A stretch of 45,518 bases of DNA. Origin: an uncultured Aquisediminimonas sp. (GTDB lineage Bacteria > Pseudomonadota > Alphaproteobacteria > Sphingomonadales > Sphingomonadaceae). Where the stretch lies: the NCBI GenBank assembly GCA_965365485.1, contig CBDUBW010000001.1, positions 1 to 45,518 on the forward strand, given 5' to 3'. The notes under the pieces were generated by a model. That model saw nothing but the letters and a program-made list of their open reading frames with translations, searched no databases and had not been told where the DNA came from. Both the position numbers and the translations under genes were made by a program. This document shows, in pieces, positions 9,387 to 19,628 of the stretch (position 1 is the stretch's first letter; each line of letters begins with the position of its first letter).

Positions 9387-10909
9387 CCTCTACTTCCGCG
9401 CATATCTGGCGCACGCTCAAATGGGGGCGGACGCTCGCCAAGAATGGCGCCCTGCTGGGCATCGAGCGCGACGTCAACGTGCCCACCGCCTTCCGCCGCT
9501 TGGCTCGTATTGCGAGAGTCGGCAGCTTTCCGCCCAACCCGCCGGCGTATGCCAAGGCGTTCGAGGCGATCGGCCCGGCCGCGATCAAACTCGGGCAGAC
9601 GCTCGCCACACGCCCCGATCTGGTCGGAGAAGGGGCGGCGCGTGACCTTATGCGGCTGCAGGATTCGCTGCCCCCCGTCTCTTTCGATGCGATACGCGCC
9701 GCGATGGCGGCGAGCCTGGGCAAGCCGCTCGACACGCTCTTTGCCGAAATAGATCCCGTGCCGGTAGGCGCAGCCTCGGTCGCGCAAGTCCACAAAGCCT
9801 TGACGACCGATGGACGCATCGTCGCGGTAAAAGTGCTGCGGCCCGGCATCATTGAAAAATTCGCCGAGGATATCGGGACTTACGAATGGATCGCGGCGCA
9901 GGCAGCTGCACGCGGCGGTGAACTTTCGCGGCTACGCCCCCGCGAAGTGATCGCGACTTTCCGGCAATGGACGATGCGAGAACTCGATCTCAGGCGCGAA
10001 GCTGCGTCGGCCAGCGAGCTTGCCGAGGCAATGAGCGGCGAAGAACAATATCTCGTTCCCGCGATCGACTGGCAGCGGACCAGCCGCCGCGTGTTGACAC
10101 TCGACTGGGTCGATGGCGTCAAGCTCACCGACATGGCAGCGCTCGATGCGCTCGGCCACGATCGCAAGACGCTCGCGCGCTGCCTCGTTCGCGCTTTTTT
10201 GCGCCAGGCTATCTCAGAGGGCTTCTTCCACGCCGATTTGCATCAGGGCAACCTTTTCGTGACGGCCGATGGAAAGATCGCCGCCATCGATTTCGGCATC
10301 ATGGGCCGGATCAATCGTCAAGCGCGGCTGTGGCTGGCGGAAATCCTGTACGGTCTGATCACCGGCAATTACCGCCGCGTCGCCGAAATCCACTTCGACG
10401 CGCAATATGTGCCTGCGCACCACAATGTCGATGATTTTGCGACGGCGCTGCGTGCGGTCGGCGAGCCGATACGGGGCGTGGCGGTCAAGGATATCAGCAT
10501 TGGCGGCATGCTCGACGGCCTGTTCGCGATCACGCGCGAATTCGACATGCCGACCCAGCCGCATTTGCTGCTTCTGCAGAAAACGATGGTGATGGTCGAA
10601 GGCGTCGCCTCCGCGCTCGATCCGGATATCAACATGTGGGAGGTAGCGGGGCCGTTCGTCGAGGAATGGTTGCGCGACGAGCTTGGCCCCGAAGCGCAGG
10701 TGGCGTCAGCGCTGCAGCGCGGGTTGAAGACGCTTGCCGATTTGCCTGATCTTGTCGCGCGGATCGAGGCGGCATACCCAAAGGCCGGAGCCGCGCCGCC
10801 GCCCCCGGCGCTACCCGAGATCGAGGCGGTACGCTTCCGCTCGGCGCCCTGGCTTGCCGGCGCGGCGGTGGCGGTAATCGTCGTCGGCATCTTATTGACG
10901 TTTGCCTGA
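9383..10909 (+). CDS. ubiB: UbiB (ABC1 kinase-like) ubiquinone biosynthesis protein
   Basis: GPAAIKLGQTLATRPD, AASVAQVH, VAVKVLRP, FFHADLHQGN and DFG. TTG start overlaps the ubiE stop. Confidence 0.95.
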   Translation: MTSTSAHIWRTLKWGRTLAKNGALLGIERDVNVPTAFRRLARIARVGSFPPNPPAYAKAFEAIGPAAIKLGQTLATRPDLVGEGAARDLMRLQDSLPPVSFDAIRAAMAASLGKPLDTLFAEIDPVPVGAASVAQVHKALTTDGRIVAVKVLRPGIIEKFAEDIGTYEWIAAQAAARGGELSRLRPREVIATFRQWTMRELDLRREAASASELAEAMSGEEQYLVPAIDWQRTSRRVLTLDWVDGVKLTDMAALDALGHDRKTLARCLVRAFLRQAISEGFFHADLHQGNLFVTADGKIAAIDFGIMGRINRQARLWLAEILYGLITGNYRRVAEIHFDAQYVPAHHNVDDFATALRAVGEPIRGVAVKDISIGGMLDGLFAITREFDMPTQPHLLLLQKTMVMVEGVASALDPDINMWEVAGPFVEEWLRDELGPEAQVASALQRGLKTLADLPDLVARIEAAYPKAGAAPPPPALPEIEAVRFRSAPWLAGAAVAVIVVGILLTFA

Positions 10910-10930
10910 AGACGCCGCAACGGCGGCGGC

Positions 10931-11782
10931 ATGGCTGGACAATTCGCAAATCGCCTGCGCCGCACGCCGGCCTACAGGCTTCTCGCGCTTCCCTTTCGAG
11001 CGGCGTCCGCGATGCGCTATCCAGGCGTCCGCAAGCGTGACGTCGCCCGATGGCTGATCTCGTCTCGCGAAGATACCAACTTCACCTACGATTTGGAGGA
11101 ATCGAACGTCGCGGATCTCGCCGCCAAGGTCGCCGAGGTAACCGGAGCGTCGTTGGAGCGCGTGACCGGTCTGATCGCCGAGCTCGAGCAGGACACAGAT
11201 TTTCGCGCCGATCTGCGGCGGACGATCGATCGGAGCGATTTTCGCTACTGCACCGACGCGCCACGCTATGCCCGCCGCGTCGGTTGGTATGCCGTGGCCC
11301 GGATCCTTCGGCCGAAAGTAATCGTGGAAACGGGCATCGACAAAGGTCTTGGTTCGGCCATCCTGTGCTCTGCGCTTCGCAGGAACGCTGCTGAAGGCTA
11401 TTCCGGCCATTATTACGGTCTGGACATCAATCCCGAGGCCGGCTGGCTGATGACATTTGAGCATCGTAAGTTCGGCGAAATCATCTTCGGCGACGCCATC
11501 GGGAGCCTCAAGGCGTTCGATCGGCCAATCGACCTGTTCATCAATGACAGCGATCATCGAACTGAATATGAGGCCAGCGAATATGATACGATCGAAGACA
11601 AGCTTAGCGCGCAGGCCGTGATACTCGGCGACAATAGTCATGAGAGCAAAGCGCTTGCCAATTTCTCCGCGAGAACGGGGCGCGAGTATGGCTTTTTCCA
11701 AGAGCGTCCGGACGGCCATTGGTATCCGGGCGCGGGGATAGGCTTCAGCTATCGCAAAGCTGACTCTGCCGGAGTGGGATAG
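10931..11782 (+). CDS. Class I SAM-dependent methyltransferase (Methyltransf_24-like)
   Basis: RPKVIVETGIDKGLGS, YGLDI, IDLFINDSDH and ILGDN motifs. Start could be a downstream ATG. Confidence 0.8.
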   Translation: MAGQFANRLRRTPAYRLLALPFRAASAMRYPGVRKRDVARWLISSREDTNFTYDLEESNVADLAAKVAEVTGASLERVTGLIAELEQDTDFRADLRRTIDRSDFRYCTDAPRYARRVGWYAVARILRPKVIVETGIDKGLGSAILCSALRRNAAEGYSGHYYGLDINPEAGWLMTFEHRKFGEIIFGDAIGSLKAFDRPIDLFINDSDHRTEYEASEYDTIEDKLSAQAVILGDNSHESKALANFSARTGREYGFFQERPDGHWYPGAGIGFSYRKADSAGVG

Positions 11783-11829
11783 AGGCCGGCCAGCGCTCGA
11801 CGCCAGTAATTATATCTGTCGCGATCCGG

Positions 11830-13269
11830 TCAGGATCTCGGCAGGCTGATCCTTCGCATTTTAAACCCTTGCTCTCTTGCGATAACAACGGGCCGTGCCG
11901 CGCCCGAGCTCCTGAGCGCCGAGAGGTTGATGTCTTGCAGGCCGAACTCACTGCTCGAACGCAGCAATACCCCGATGTCCGCCGGTCCGGAGCGCTGTCC
12001 GTTGACCGTAACCCCGCCCGCCCAGCTGGTGCCGCCCAGGTCGATCACGATATCTCGTGCTCCGACCCGGCTAGCGACGCGCGCCAAGTTCACTTCGATG
12101 TCGGCGTTGGCCACGGCCGCGCCGAGATCGCTGCCGCCGTCGAGTGAAATCATCAGCACGCGGTTGCAGTCCCACACATCATCCGCGCGAGCTCTTATCC
12201 CGGTACAGGCGTGTAGCGCGAATAATCCCTTGAACAACGTGTCATCCTTGACGTCGCGTTGACCGCTGGCGGTACCGACGATGATCGAGAGACGCTTGGC
12301 CCCGGCGCAATAGACGCCGACGCTGTAGAAATTTGTTAGCCTGTCGATCACCAGCGTAATATCGCGCGGCGCACCGGCTGGCTTTGCGTAAAAAAAGGCG
12401 GCGTAGGCTCCTGGCCCGTCGCTATTCGAGCCCGCATCGCCGTTGGCGATTCCCGCATTCGCCAATGTCCTGATTCTGGCCATGCCGCGACTTACGTCAC
12501 CCATGAACCCGACACCGCCCTTGATATGGCGCGCATCCATCAACGTGTCGTCGAGGACGATATCCGTTACCGGCCCGGCAAACCCTGAAAAATAGAGGAA
12601 ATGGCCGGGTATCGTCACCTTGCCCGCTCCCGGACTCGTGCCAGGGGAGGAATACCAGTTGCAGTCCCTGGATCCGCAACGGCGAATAGCGTGGTTCCGG
12701 CTCTGATTTTCGAGGAAAACCCAAGCAGCCGACGCGAAGTTTTCAATGTCGCAATCTTCGAACACAATATCGGTCGAGTCGCCCGGGTGATCATCGCGGA
12801 GGACTGAGAGTAGAAGGCCTCCGGCGTACGGCGCCTGCTCGTCCTTGACGCCGTTGCCTACGAGGCGAACCCCGCGCGTGCGCACGTCGGAAGAGCCGGA
12901 AGCGTCGAAAAGTTGATTAATTATGGACTTGCCGGTCACTCGGATTTCGGAACGCGCCCGGCCCCTTCCAATGATCGCTACGCGCGACGGCCGCTTGATA
13001 GCACCTTTCGTCAGCAGACTTCGAGCCGCAACCTCGTAGACTCCGTCGTCCAGCAAGATATCCCCCTCGCCGCTATCGGCGGAGATGGTCCTGAGTGCGA
13101 GGTCGATCGCGTTCCAATTGTCGAACCCGGAGAGCGGGCGGCCGCCGAATTCCGCCAGCGGCAGCTGAAGCCGATTTACGGAGGCGGTTCGAACGGCATC
13201 CGCTCTCCCAAAGAGGCACGAGGACGCAGCGGCGTAGAACAGCGATCGCCGAGACAAGCAAATATTCAT
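11830..13269 (-). CDS. Putative exported right-handed beta-helix protein (pectate-lyase-3/GH28-like N-terminus)
   Basis: SRRSLF...ADA twin-arginine-like signal. AEFGGRPLSGFDNWNAIDLAL...ILLDDGVYEV resembles the DFGA.GDG..DD..AI..A....G.Y cap of beta-helix carbohydrate enzymes. Confidence 0.6.
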   Translation of the reverse strand: MNICLSRRSLFYAAASSCLFGRADAVRTASVNRLQLPLAEFGGRPLSGFDNWNAIDLALRTISADSGEGDILLDDGVYEVAARSLLTKGAIKRPSRVAIIGRGRARSEIRVTGKSIINQLFDASGSSDVRTRGVRLVGNGVKDEQAPYAGGLLLSVLRDDHPGDSTDIVFEDCDIENFASAAWVFLENQSRNHAIRRCGSRDCNWYSSPGTSPGAGKVTIPGHFLYFSGFAGPVTDIVLDDTLMDARHIKGGVGFMGDVSRGMARIRTLANAGIANGDAGSNSDGPGAYAAFFYAKPAGAPRDITLVIDRLTNFYSVGVYCAGAKRLSIIVGTASGQRDVKDDTLFKGLFALHACTGIRARADDVWDCNRVLMISLDGGSDLGAAVANADIEVNLARVASRVGARDIVIDLGGTSWAGGVTVNGQRSGPADIGVLLRSSSEFGLQDINLSALRSSGAARPVVIAREQGFKMRRISLPRS

Positions 13270-13372
13270 GGTGCTTGATCGCACGCTTCGAGCTATTGCT
13301 CCAAGTGCCATGTTCGCGCGGACGAGAGCGGCGTAGCGCGCTGCCGAGAATCCTTGATCATCTTGCCGTCAC

Positions 13373-14776
13373 ATGCGCTGGATAAGTCGCACTGGCAAAT
13401 TCCGCGTTAGGTTGTTAGGTCCGCGCCACGCGATCCGCCGCTTGGCGTCGAGATGGCGGGGTTGGCCCCGGTTCGAAAGAAGTTTCGTGTATCAGTATGT
13501 TCGACGCAATTTCGTGGCGCGGGCGGGGCTTCGGCACAGTCGGCGCTTCCAGCTCGGCGGCGGCTTGATATGCGCAACGCTGCTGCCGACGATTCTCCGC
13601 ATCGGTTTGGATCCCGATCTCGTTCACATATCGCTCGTCCAGACCAGCATGATTGCCAATGCAATTGCGGTGTTTCTCGGTTTTTGGATGTTCCGATCGC
13701 TAACCGTGCATCCGGGGCTACAAGCCAGCGTCTTCATCCTGCCCAGTTTTTCGGCTTCGTACGGAGCCGTCGCTCTCGGCTACCTCCTACTAAGACTCGA
13801 TTATAGTCGTTTCCTGCTCATTGCGGGCTTTATCTCCTGCTTGTGCTGGTATCTGTGGATCTTCTTCCTGGAGCGACGCGCACGGTCGTTATCCATCGGC
13901 GTCGTTCCCTTCGGAGACGTCGAAAACTTGAAAGAGATAAGCACCATTGACTGGGTGCGGATCATGCCGGATGCGGGCACGGCTATCCTGCCATTCGAAG
14001 CCATCGTAGCAGATTTCAGGGCTGATCTGCCGCCGCGATGGGAAAGATTTCTCGCCGATGCGGCGATTTCCGGTATGGCGGTTTATCATGTCAAGCAGCT
14101 GAGAGAATCGCTGACCGGCCGCGTGGAGATCGACCATTTGGCGGAAAACAGCTTCGGCTCGCTGATTCCGGCATTAATATATATCAGGTTAAAGCAGTTA
14201 GGCGACGTCGTCTCGGCACTCGTTGCAGCGGTGATCTTGCTCCCGCTTTTCGCATTGGTGGCCGTCCTCATTCGGCTCGATTCTCCGGGCCCGTCAATTT
14301 TCCGGCAGACGCGCATCGGCAGCGGAGGCCGCCCATTCACCGTGCGCAAGTTTAGAACCATGAGGCATATGCCCGCCGATCAGACTTCCAAGGAAGTTCA
14401 AGATGCGATAACTCACGATTGCGATCCGCGGATAACGAAATTCGGAAGATTTCTGCGCCGCTCTCGGATTGACGAGCTGCCGCAGATCATTAATATTCTT
14501 CGCGGCGAAATGAGCTGGATAGGCCCGCGGCCGGAGGCGAACGTTCTCTCCAGCTGGTACGAGGCCGAACTCCCATTTTATCGTTATCGTCATATTGTTA
14601 AACCGGGCATTACCGGATGGGCCCAAGTAAATCAGGGACATGTAGCCGAAGTGAAGGATGTTTTGTGGAAATTGCAGTATGACTTCTATTACATCAAGTA
14701 TTTCTCACCGTGGCTCGACCTTCTGATCCTGTTCAGAACTGTTCAAACCGTGATAACGGGATTTGGCTCGCGTTGA
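13373..14776 (+). CDS. Priming polyprenyl-phosphate sugar phosphotransferase (WcaJ/WbaP-like, Bac_transf)
   Basis: N-terminal TM helices; KFRTM, DPRIT, IDELPQIINILRGEMSWIGPRPE, KPGITGWAQV and YDFYYI motifs. Start is uncertain. Confidence 0.92.
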   Translation: MRWISRTGKFRVRLLGPRHAIRRLASRWRGWPRFERSFVYQYVRRNFVARAGLRHSRRFQLGGGLICATLLPTILRIGLDPDLVHISLVQTSMIANAIAVFLGFWMFRSLTVHPGLQASVFILPSFSASYGAVALGYLLLRLDYSRFLLIAGFISCLCWYLWIFFLERRARSLSIGVVPFGDVENLKEISTIDWVRIMPDAGTAILPFEAIVADFRADLPPRWERFLADAAISGMAVYHVKQLRESLTGRVEIDHLAENSFGSLIPALIYIRLKQLGDVVSALVAAVILLPLFALVAVLIRLDSPGPSIFRQTRIGSGGRPFTVRKFRTMRHMPADQTSKEVQDAITHDCDPRITKFGRFLRRSRIDELPQIINILRGEMSWIGPRPEANVLSSWYEAELPFYRYRHIVKPGITGWAQVNQGHVAEVKDVLWKLQYDFYYIKYFSPWLDLLILFRTVQTVITGFGSR

Positions 14777-14884
14777 GTGCTATCCGTCAAGCGACGCCCA
14801 TCGCTAAGATATACAGTGTCGAAAAAGTCGCGTCGCAAAGCGCGAAATAGGCGTTGCGAGCAAGGCGTCATGAGGGAAAATTTT

Positions 14885-15961
14885 ATGCCGGACAGAACTC
14901 GTCGCGTTGCGTTGGTCACGGGTGTGACTGGACAGGACGGCGCTTATCTATCCGAACTGCTCCTTGAGAAGGGTTATGAGGTTCACGGTGTCAAACGCCG
15001 GTCTTCTTCATTCAACACTGGACGCATCGAACATATTTATCAGGATCCGCACGTACAGGACGCAAAATTTATTCTGCATTACGGCGACATGACTGATTCC
15101 AGCAATTTGATCCGCATCGTGCAGAGCGTGAGGCCAACGGAAGTATACAATCTCGCCGCGCAGTCACATGTTCAGGTCAGCTTCGAGACGCCCGAATATA
15201 CTGCCAACTCCGATGCTTTGGGCACACTTCGTTTGCTTGAGGCGATCCGGATCCTTGGTTTGGAGAAGAAATGCCGTTTTTACCAGGCTTCGACATCGGA
15301 ACTTTATGGCGATGTGCGGGAAATTCCGCAGCGTGAAACGACGCCCTTCTATCCCCGTTCCCCCTATGCTGCGGCCAAGCTCTATGCGTTTTGGATCGTT
15401 GTGAATTACCGCGAAGCCTACGGTCTGCATGCTTCGAACGGCATCTTGTTCAACCACGAGAGTCCGCTTCGCGGCGAGACCTTTGTAACCCGTAAGGTAA
15501 CGCGCGCGGCCGCTGCGATTAAGCTCGGCCTGCAGGACAAGCTCTACGTCGGCAATCTTGGAGCGCGCCGGGACTGGGGCCATGCCCGTGAATATGTACG
15601 TGGAATGTGGCTGATGCTGCAGCAGGACAAGCCGGACGACTATGTTCTGGCGACCGGTGAAACGACGTCAGTCCGCGATTTCGTGCGTTGGTCGTTCGAG
15701 GCAGTAGGCATTGATATCGAATGGAGGGGAGAAGGCTCCGACGAAAAGGGCATTGACCGCGACACCGGTCGGTGTCTTGTGGAGGTCGATCCCCGATACT
15801 TTCGCCCCACCGAGGTTGAGCTGCTGATCGGCGACCCTTCCAAAGCGCGGGAGAGGCTTGGCTGGTCGCACGAAACATCAATCCGCGATCTCGTCAGAGA
15901 GATGGTTGCCGCCGACTTGGTGCAGGTTCCGAGCGAGCGGCGCGCTGAGTTTGTCGGTTGA
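14885..15961 (+). CDS. gmd: GDP-mannose 4,6-dehydratase
   Basis: [42 protein letters not shown] and [15 protein letters not shown]. Confidence 0.97.
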   Translation: MPDRTRRVALVTGVTGQDGAYLSELLLEKGYEVHGVKRRSSSFNTGRIEHIYQDPHVQDAKFILHYGDMTDSSNLIRIVQSVRPTEVYNLAAQSHVQVSFETPEYTANSDALGTLRLLEAIRILGLEKKCRFYQASTSELYGDVREIPQRETTPFYPRSPYAAAKLYAFWIVVNYREAYGLHASNGILFNHESPLRGETFVTRKVTRAAAAIKLGLQDKLYVGNLGARRDWGHAREYVRGMWLMLQQDKPDDYVLATGETTSVRDFVRWSFEAVGIDIEWRGEGSDEKGIDRDTGRCLVEVDPRYFRPTEVELLIGDPSKARERLGWSHETSIRDLVREMVAADLVQVPSERRAEFVG

Positions 15962-16965
15962 AAATATTTCAGAGCAAGAAAGTGTGCGTCGCCGGCCATC
16001 GCGGCATGGTCGGCAGTGCGATTGTCCGCGCTTTGGCAGCACATGATTGCGTGGTCCAAACCTTGGGCCGAGACGTTGCCGATTTACGGGAACAGCGCGC
16101 CGTAAATGACTGGTTTGCGGCCAACCGGCCGGACCTTGTATTCCTGGCCGCGGCAAAGGTGGGCGGAATCGCGGCGAACAATCGATATCCCGCGAGTTTT
16201 CTGTACGACAACCTGATGATTGAAGCCAATGTGATTAATGCGGCCTACAGCGTCGGGGTCAAGAAGCTTCTGCTGTTGGGCTCCAGCTGCATATATCCAA
16301 AGTTTGCATCTCAGCCGATCCCCGAAGCGGCGCTTTTGACGGGGGCTCTAGAACCGACCAACCAGTGGTACGCGATCGCGAAGATTGCTGGCCTCAAGCT
16401 CGCGGAAGCGTACCGATTGGAACATGACGCCGATTTCATATCGGGTATGCCAACCAATCTCTATGGCCGAGGCGATAATTTCGATCTCGAAACCAGCCAT
16501 GTCATGCCCGCTCTGATACGAAAGACAATCGATGCCAAGATCGAGGGCTCGCCGGATATCGTTATCTGGGGGTCTGGAACGCCTCTTCGTGAATTTCTCC
16601 ACGTCGACGACTGCGCAGACGCCTGTCTTTTCTTGATGGAACATTACTCCGGCGCGGAGCATGTGAACATCGGCTCGGGCCGGGAGATTTCGATCTTCGA
16701 TCTGGCGACGCTGATCGCCGATATAGTCGGCTTCGAAGGTGCCATTCGGTGCGATAAAACCAAGCCGGACGGAACGCCGCGCAAGTTGATGGATGGTCAA
16801 AAGCTATTCGATATGGGCTGGCGACCCAAAATTGGCCTCGAGGCCGGCATTCGGGCGGTCGTCATGGAATATGAGCAGGAACTGCGAGCGACGAAGGGCG
16901 GCGATAGTATGGGCCGTTTGCGGGGCGCCTCGCAAGAGCCGAAGCTCGTTCGAAGTACCTTTTGA
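15958..16965 (+). CDS. fcl: GDP-L-fucose synthase
   Basis: [37 protein letters not shown] and KPDGTPRK; coupled to gmd. Confidence 0.95.
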   Translation: MKIFQSKKVCVAGHRGMVGSAIVRALAAHDCVVQTLGRDVADLREQRAVNDWFAANRPDLVFLAAAKVGGIAANNRYPASFLYDNLMIEANVINAAYSVGVKKLLLLGSSCIYPKFASQPIPEAALLTGALEPTNQWYAIAKIAGLKLAEAYRLEHDADFISGMPTNLYGRGDNFDLETSHVMPALIRKTIDAKIEGSPDIVIWGSGTPLREFLHVDDCADACLFLMEHYSGAEHVNIGSGREISIFDLATLIADIVGFEGAIRCDKTKPDGTPRKLMDGQKLFDMGWRPKIGLEAGIRAVVMEYEQELRATKGGDSMGRLRGASQEPKLVRSTF

Positions 16966-16993
16966 AGATCGGCCCTCGCCCGATATTGCGTCG

Positions 16994-18271
16994 ATGATAA
17001 GGAACATCTTCATCGTCATGCGCGGCACCGTGCTCGCCCAAGGCTTGGGATTTATTGCGTTGCCGTTCCTGACAAGATTGCTCGACCCCTCAGCTTTTGG
17101 GCACTTCCAGATTTATCAGTCAATCCTAATCGTTCTTCTCGTGCTCCCGACGCTTCGATACGAAGTGGCGATATTGCGCGCCGACGGTTCTGACGAGTTG
17201 CGAGCTCTGGTTCAGCTGTGTCTCGGGTGCATATTGATTGTAACTGCCATTGCGGCAAGCGCACTCGGCCTTCTTCGATCGATCGGTTGGCCGCCGGAGT
17301 TGGCATTGCTGCCCTTCCCGCTTTGGCTGGTCGCGGCTGGACTGTTATTCGGCGGTTTGGCTCAGTTCATGGCGCTGCTCATGACGCGCGAACAGGCCTT
17401 CTCCGCCAGCGCAAACAGTAAGATCGTGCAAAGTTTGAGTTACGTGGCCTCAGCCTTGAGCATCGGCGCGATCGCCCCGATTCCGGCAACTCTGGTTATA
17501 GCGGATATTGTCAGCCGAATCGTAAACGCGGTCTATCTTTCCATCTGGACGGCAGGCAGCATCCGCTGGATCTGGCGGCCGACGCAATGGCAAGCAGTGC
17601 GCCGCGTCGCCATTCGATATCGCGAATATCCCTTTGTATCTTTGCCCGGCACTTTGATCAACGTCATCGGTGGAATACTGACGCCCTTCATGATCTACGC
17701 GACTTTCGAAGCCGCGGCTTCCGGCCAATATGCCTTGCTGGAGCGCAGCGTCGCGCTTCCCTTAGGACTCGTGGTCGTTTCCGTTTCTCAGGTCTTCACG
17801 TCGCAGTTCGCTGCGAGCTTTCGCGAGAAAACTGATGATGCCGTTCGTAGCTTTAACAGGATCGTGAGGCTCATGGCTATCGGGGGAAGCGCGCCAATGC
17901 TGCTACTCATGGTGGCCGGGCCTCATCTGTTCGCGTTGCTCTTCGGAGAAGAGTGGCGAACGGCCGGTGAGTTGGCGAGGATAATGGCTCCAGCTTATTT
18001 GTCGATGCTTATAGTGGGCACGGTAAATATGGTTGTGACGATAGTTGGCTATCAGAAAACACAGACCGCCTGGGAGGTTTTCCGTTTGGCATCGATGGCG
18101 GGCTTGTGGATTGCGATACCACGCCTTGAGCTTTCGCTTGAACAGGCCGTTATGGGTCATTCGATCGTGACGGTTGCGTGCAACGTCGGATTTTTATTGC
18201 TCGCAATCTGGACATTGCGTCATGCGAGCAGCGATGTGGCATCGCGAAGCCTTGAAGGACGGCGACAATGA
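16994..18271 (+). CDS. wzx: Wzx-type oligosaccharide flippase
   Basis: Many hydrophobic helices; GTVLAQ..PFLTRLLDPSAFG, TLRYEVAI and LFGEEWRTAG typical of MOP/Wzx flippases; locus context. Confidence 0.85.
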   Translation: MIRNIFIVMRGTVLAQGLGFIALPFLTRLLDPSAFGHFQIYQSILIVLLVLPTLRYEVAILRADGSDELRALVQLCLGCILIVTAIAASALGLLRSIGWPPELALLPFPLWLVAAGLLFGGLAQFMALLMTREQAFSASANSKIVQSLSYVASALSIGAIAPIPATLVIADIVSRIVNAVYLSIWTAGSIRWIWRPTQWQAVRRVAIRYREYPFVSLPGTLINVIGGILTPFMIYATFEAAASGQYALLERSVALPLGLVVVSVSQVFTSQFAASFREKTDDAVRSFNRIVRLMAIGGSAPMLLLMVAGPHLFALLFGEEWRTAGELARIMAPAYLSMLIVGTVNMVVTIVGYQKTQTAWEVFRLASMAGLWIAIPRLELSLEQAVMGHSIVTVACNVGFLLLAIWTLRHASSDVASRSLEGRRQ

Positions 18272-18873
18272 TTACGATCGTTGACTACGGCGTCGGCAAC
18301 GTTGCCTCGCTCGTTAACATGTACGATTATCTTGGCCATGCTGTCGAAATCAGTGACCGGCCGGACCGTATCTGTGAGGCTGACAAGCTGATACTCCCAG
18401 GTGTCGGCGCATTCGACAAGGCGATGAGTACGCTTCAAGCCAAGGATCTCGTCGCGCCTATCCGCGAGGCCGCACTCGAACGCAAGCGACCGCTACTGGG
18501 TGTTTGTTTGGGAATGCAATTGTTTGCCCGCGGAAGTGAGGAAGGCCGTCTGAACGGGCTTTCACTGATCGATGCCGATGTCATACGAATTCCCGCGGAA
18601 GCGAATCTTAAGGTCCCGCATATGGGGTGGGCCGAGGTTGAGCCGCGCAGCGACACGATACTTTTTCCCTCGACTGCGGAGCCGGAACGCTTTTACTTTG
18701 TCCATTCCTACTTCATGCGTTGCGACCATGCGGAAGATTGCGCCGCGACGGTTCAATACGGACAGCGTCTGTGTGTTGCGATTTCGAACGGCAATATCTT
18801 CGGCGTTCAGTTTCATCCGGAAAAGAGCCATCGATTCGGCATGCGCCTTCTTCAATCATTTGCAGCCATTTGA
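18268..18873 (+). CDS. hisH: HisH-like glutamine amidotransferase subunit (glycan-modifying paralog, WbuY-like)
   Basis: DYGVGN, LPGVGAF, GVCLGMQ, FYFVHSY and QFHPEKS. Sits in a glycan cluster, not a his operon. Confidence 0.92.
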   Translation: MITIVDYGVGNVASLVNMYDYLGHAVEISDRPDRICEADKLILPGVGAFDKAMSTLQAKDLVAPIREAALERKRPLLGVCLGMQLFARGSEEGRLNGLSLIDADVIRIPAEANLKVPHMGWAEVEPRSDTILFPSTAEPERFYFVHSYFMRCDHAEDCAATVQYGQRLCVAISNGNIFGVQFHPEKSHRFGMRLLQSFAAI

Positions 18874-19628
18874 TGATGAGGCCGCGACTTATTCCGGTGC
18901 TGCTGCTCGATCGCGACCGGCGTCTGGTGAAAACCCAGAGGTTTGGTGAGCGCACATATATCGGAGACCCATTCAACGTCATTCGCCTATTCAATGAGAA
19001 GGAAGTAGACGAGATTTGCCTTCTGAACATTGATGCGACACGTGACCGAAGAGCGATCGATGTAGGTTTTTTCGCCGAATTGGCTTCAGAATGCTTCATG
19101 CCGCTATCCTATGGCGGCGGCATCGCTCCCGGCGCTCCGGTCGACGCGCTGGCGCGGGCGGGAATCGAGAAGTTCATCGTGCGCACAGCGGCTACGGATC
19201 GCAGCTTCGTGCGGTCGCTCGCCGACACCTTCGGAAGCCAGGCCATCGTTGGTTGCATCGATTATCGCGGCGGATCGGCGCATCACGTGATTGGGACAAG
19301 CGCGGCCGCAGAGATTGGCGGAGATTCGGTCGATTATGCTCTGACGCTCGAGGAAAGCGGCGTCGGTGAGATCATCCTTCAGTCGGTCGATCGAGACGGT
19401 ATGCGGCAGGGTATGGACACGAATCTGATTTCTAAGGTCAGCGCGGCCGTCAGCATTCCCCTGATCGCGCTTGGCGGTGCCCGCGATGTCGAGGACCTGG
19501 AGGATGCGCTCTCGGCCGGGGCATCGGCTGCCGCTTCTGGGAGCGCTTTTTCCTTCATCGGAAAACTGCGCGCGGTTCTCATCAACTATCCAAGCTTGCA
19601 ATCGTCACATTGGGAAGCAGTTCAGTGA
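18873..19628 (+). CDS. hisF: HisF-like cyclase-fold subunit (WbuZ/AglZ/HisF2-like)
   Basis: RPRLIPVLL, YIGDPFNVIRLFNEKEVDE, ASECFMPLSYGGG, GEIILQSVDRDG and AVLINYP, typical of the glycan-associated paralogs. Confidence 0.9.
   Translation: MMRPRLIPVLLLDRDRRLVKTQRFGERTYIGDPFNVIRLFNEKEVDEICLLNIDATRDRRAIDVGFFAELASECFMPLSYGGGIAPGAPVDALARAGIEKFIVRTAATDRSFVRSLADTFGSQAIVGCIDYRGGSAHHVIGTSAAAEIGGDSVDYALTLEESGVGEIILQSVDRDGMRQGMDTNLISKVSAAVSIPLIALGGARDVEDLEDALSAGASAAASGSAFSFIGKLRAVLINYPSLQSSHWEAVQ

Noticed and set aside
13326-13342. GCGGCGTAGCGCG resembling an RfaH ops/JUMPstart element upstream of the glycan operon
   Set aside because: It does not match the GGCGGTAG core, and GC-rich near-matches arise by chance.
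18268-19628. hisH/hisF as histidine biosynthesis genes
   Set aside because: No other his genes are nearby; coupling to a WbpG/WbuX amidotransferase marks them as glycan-modifying paralogs.
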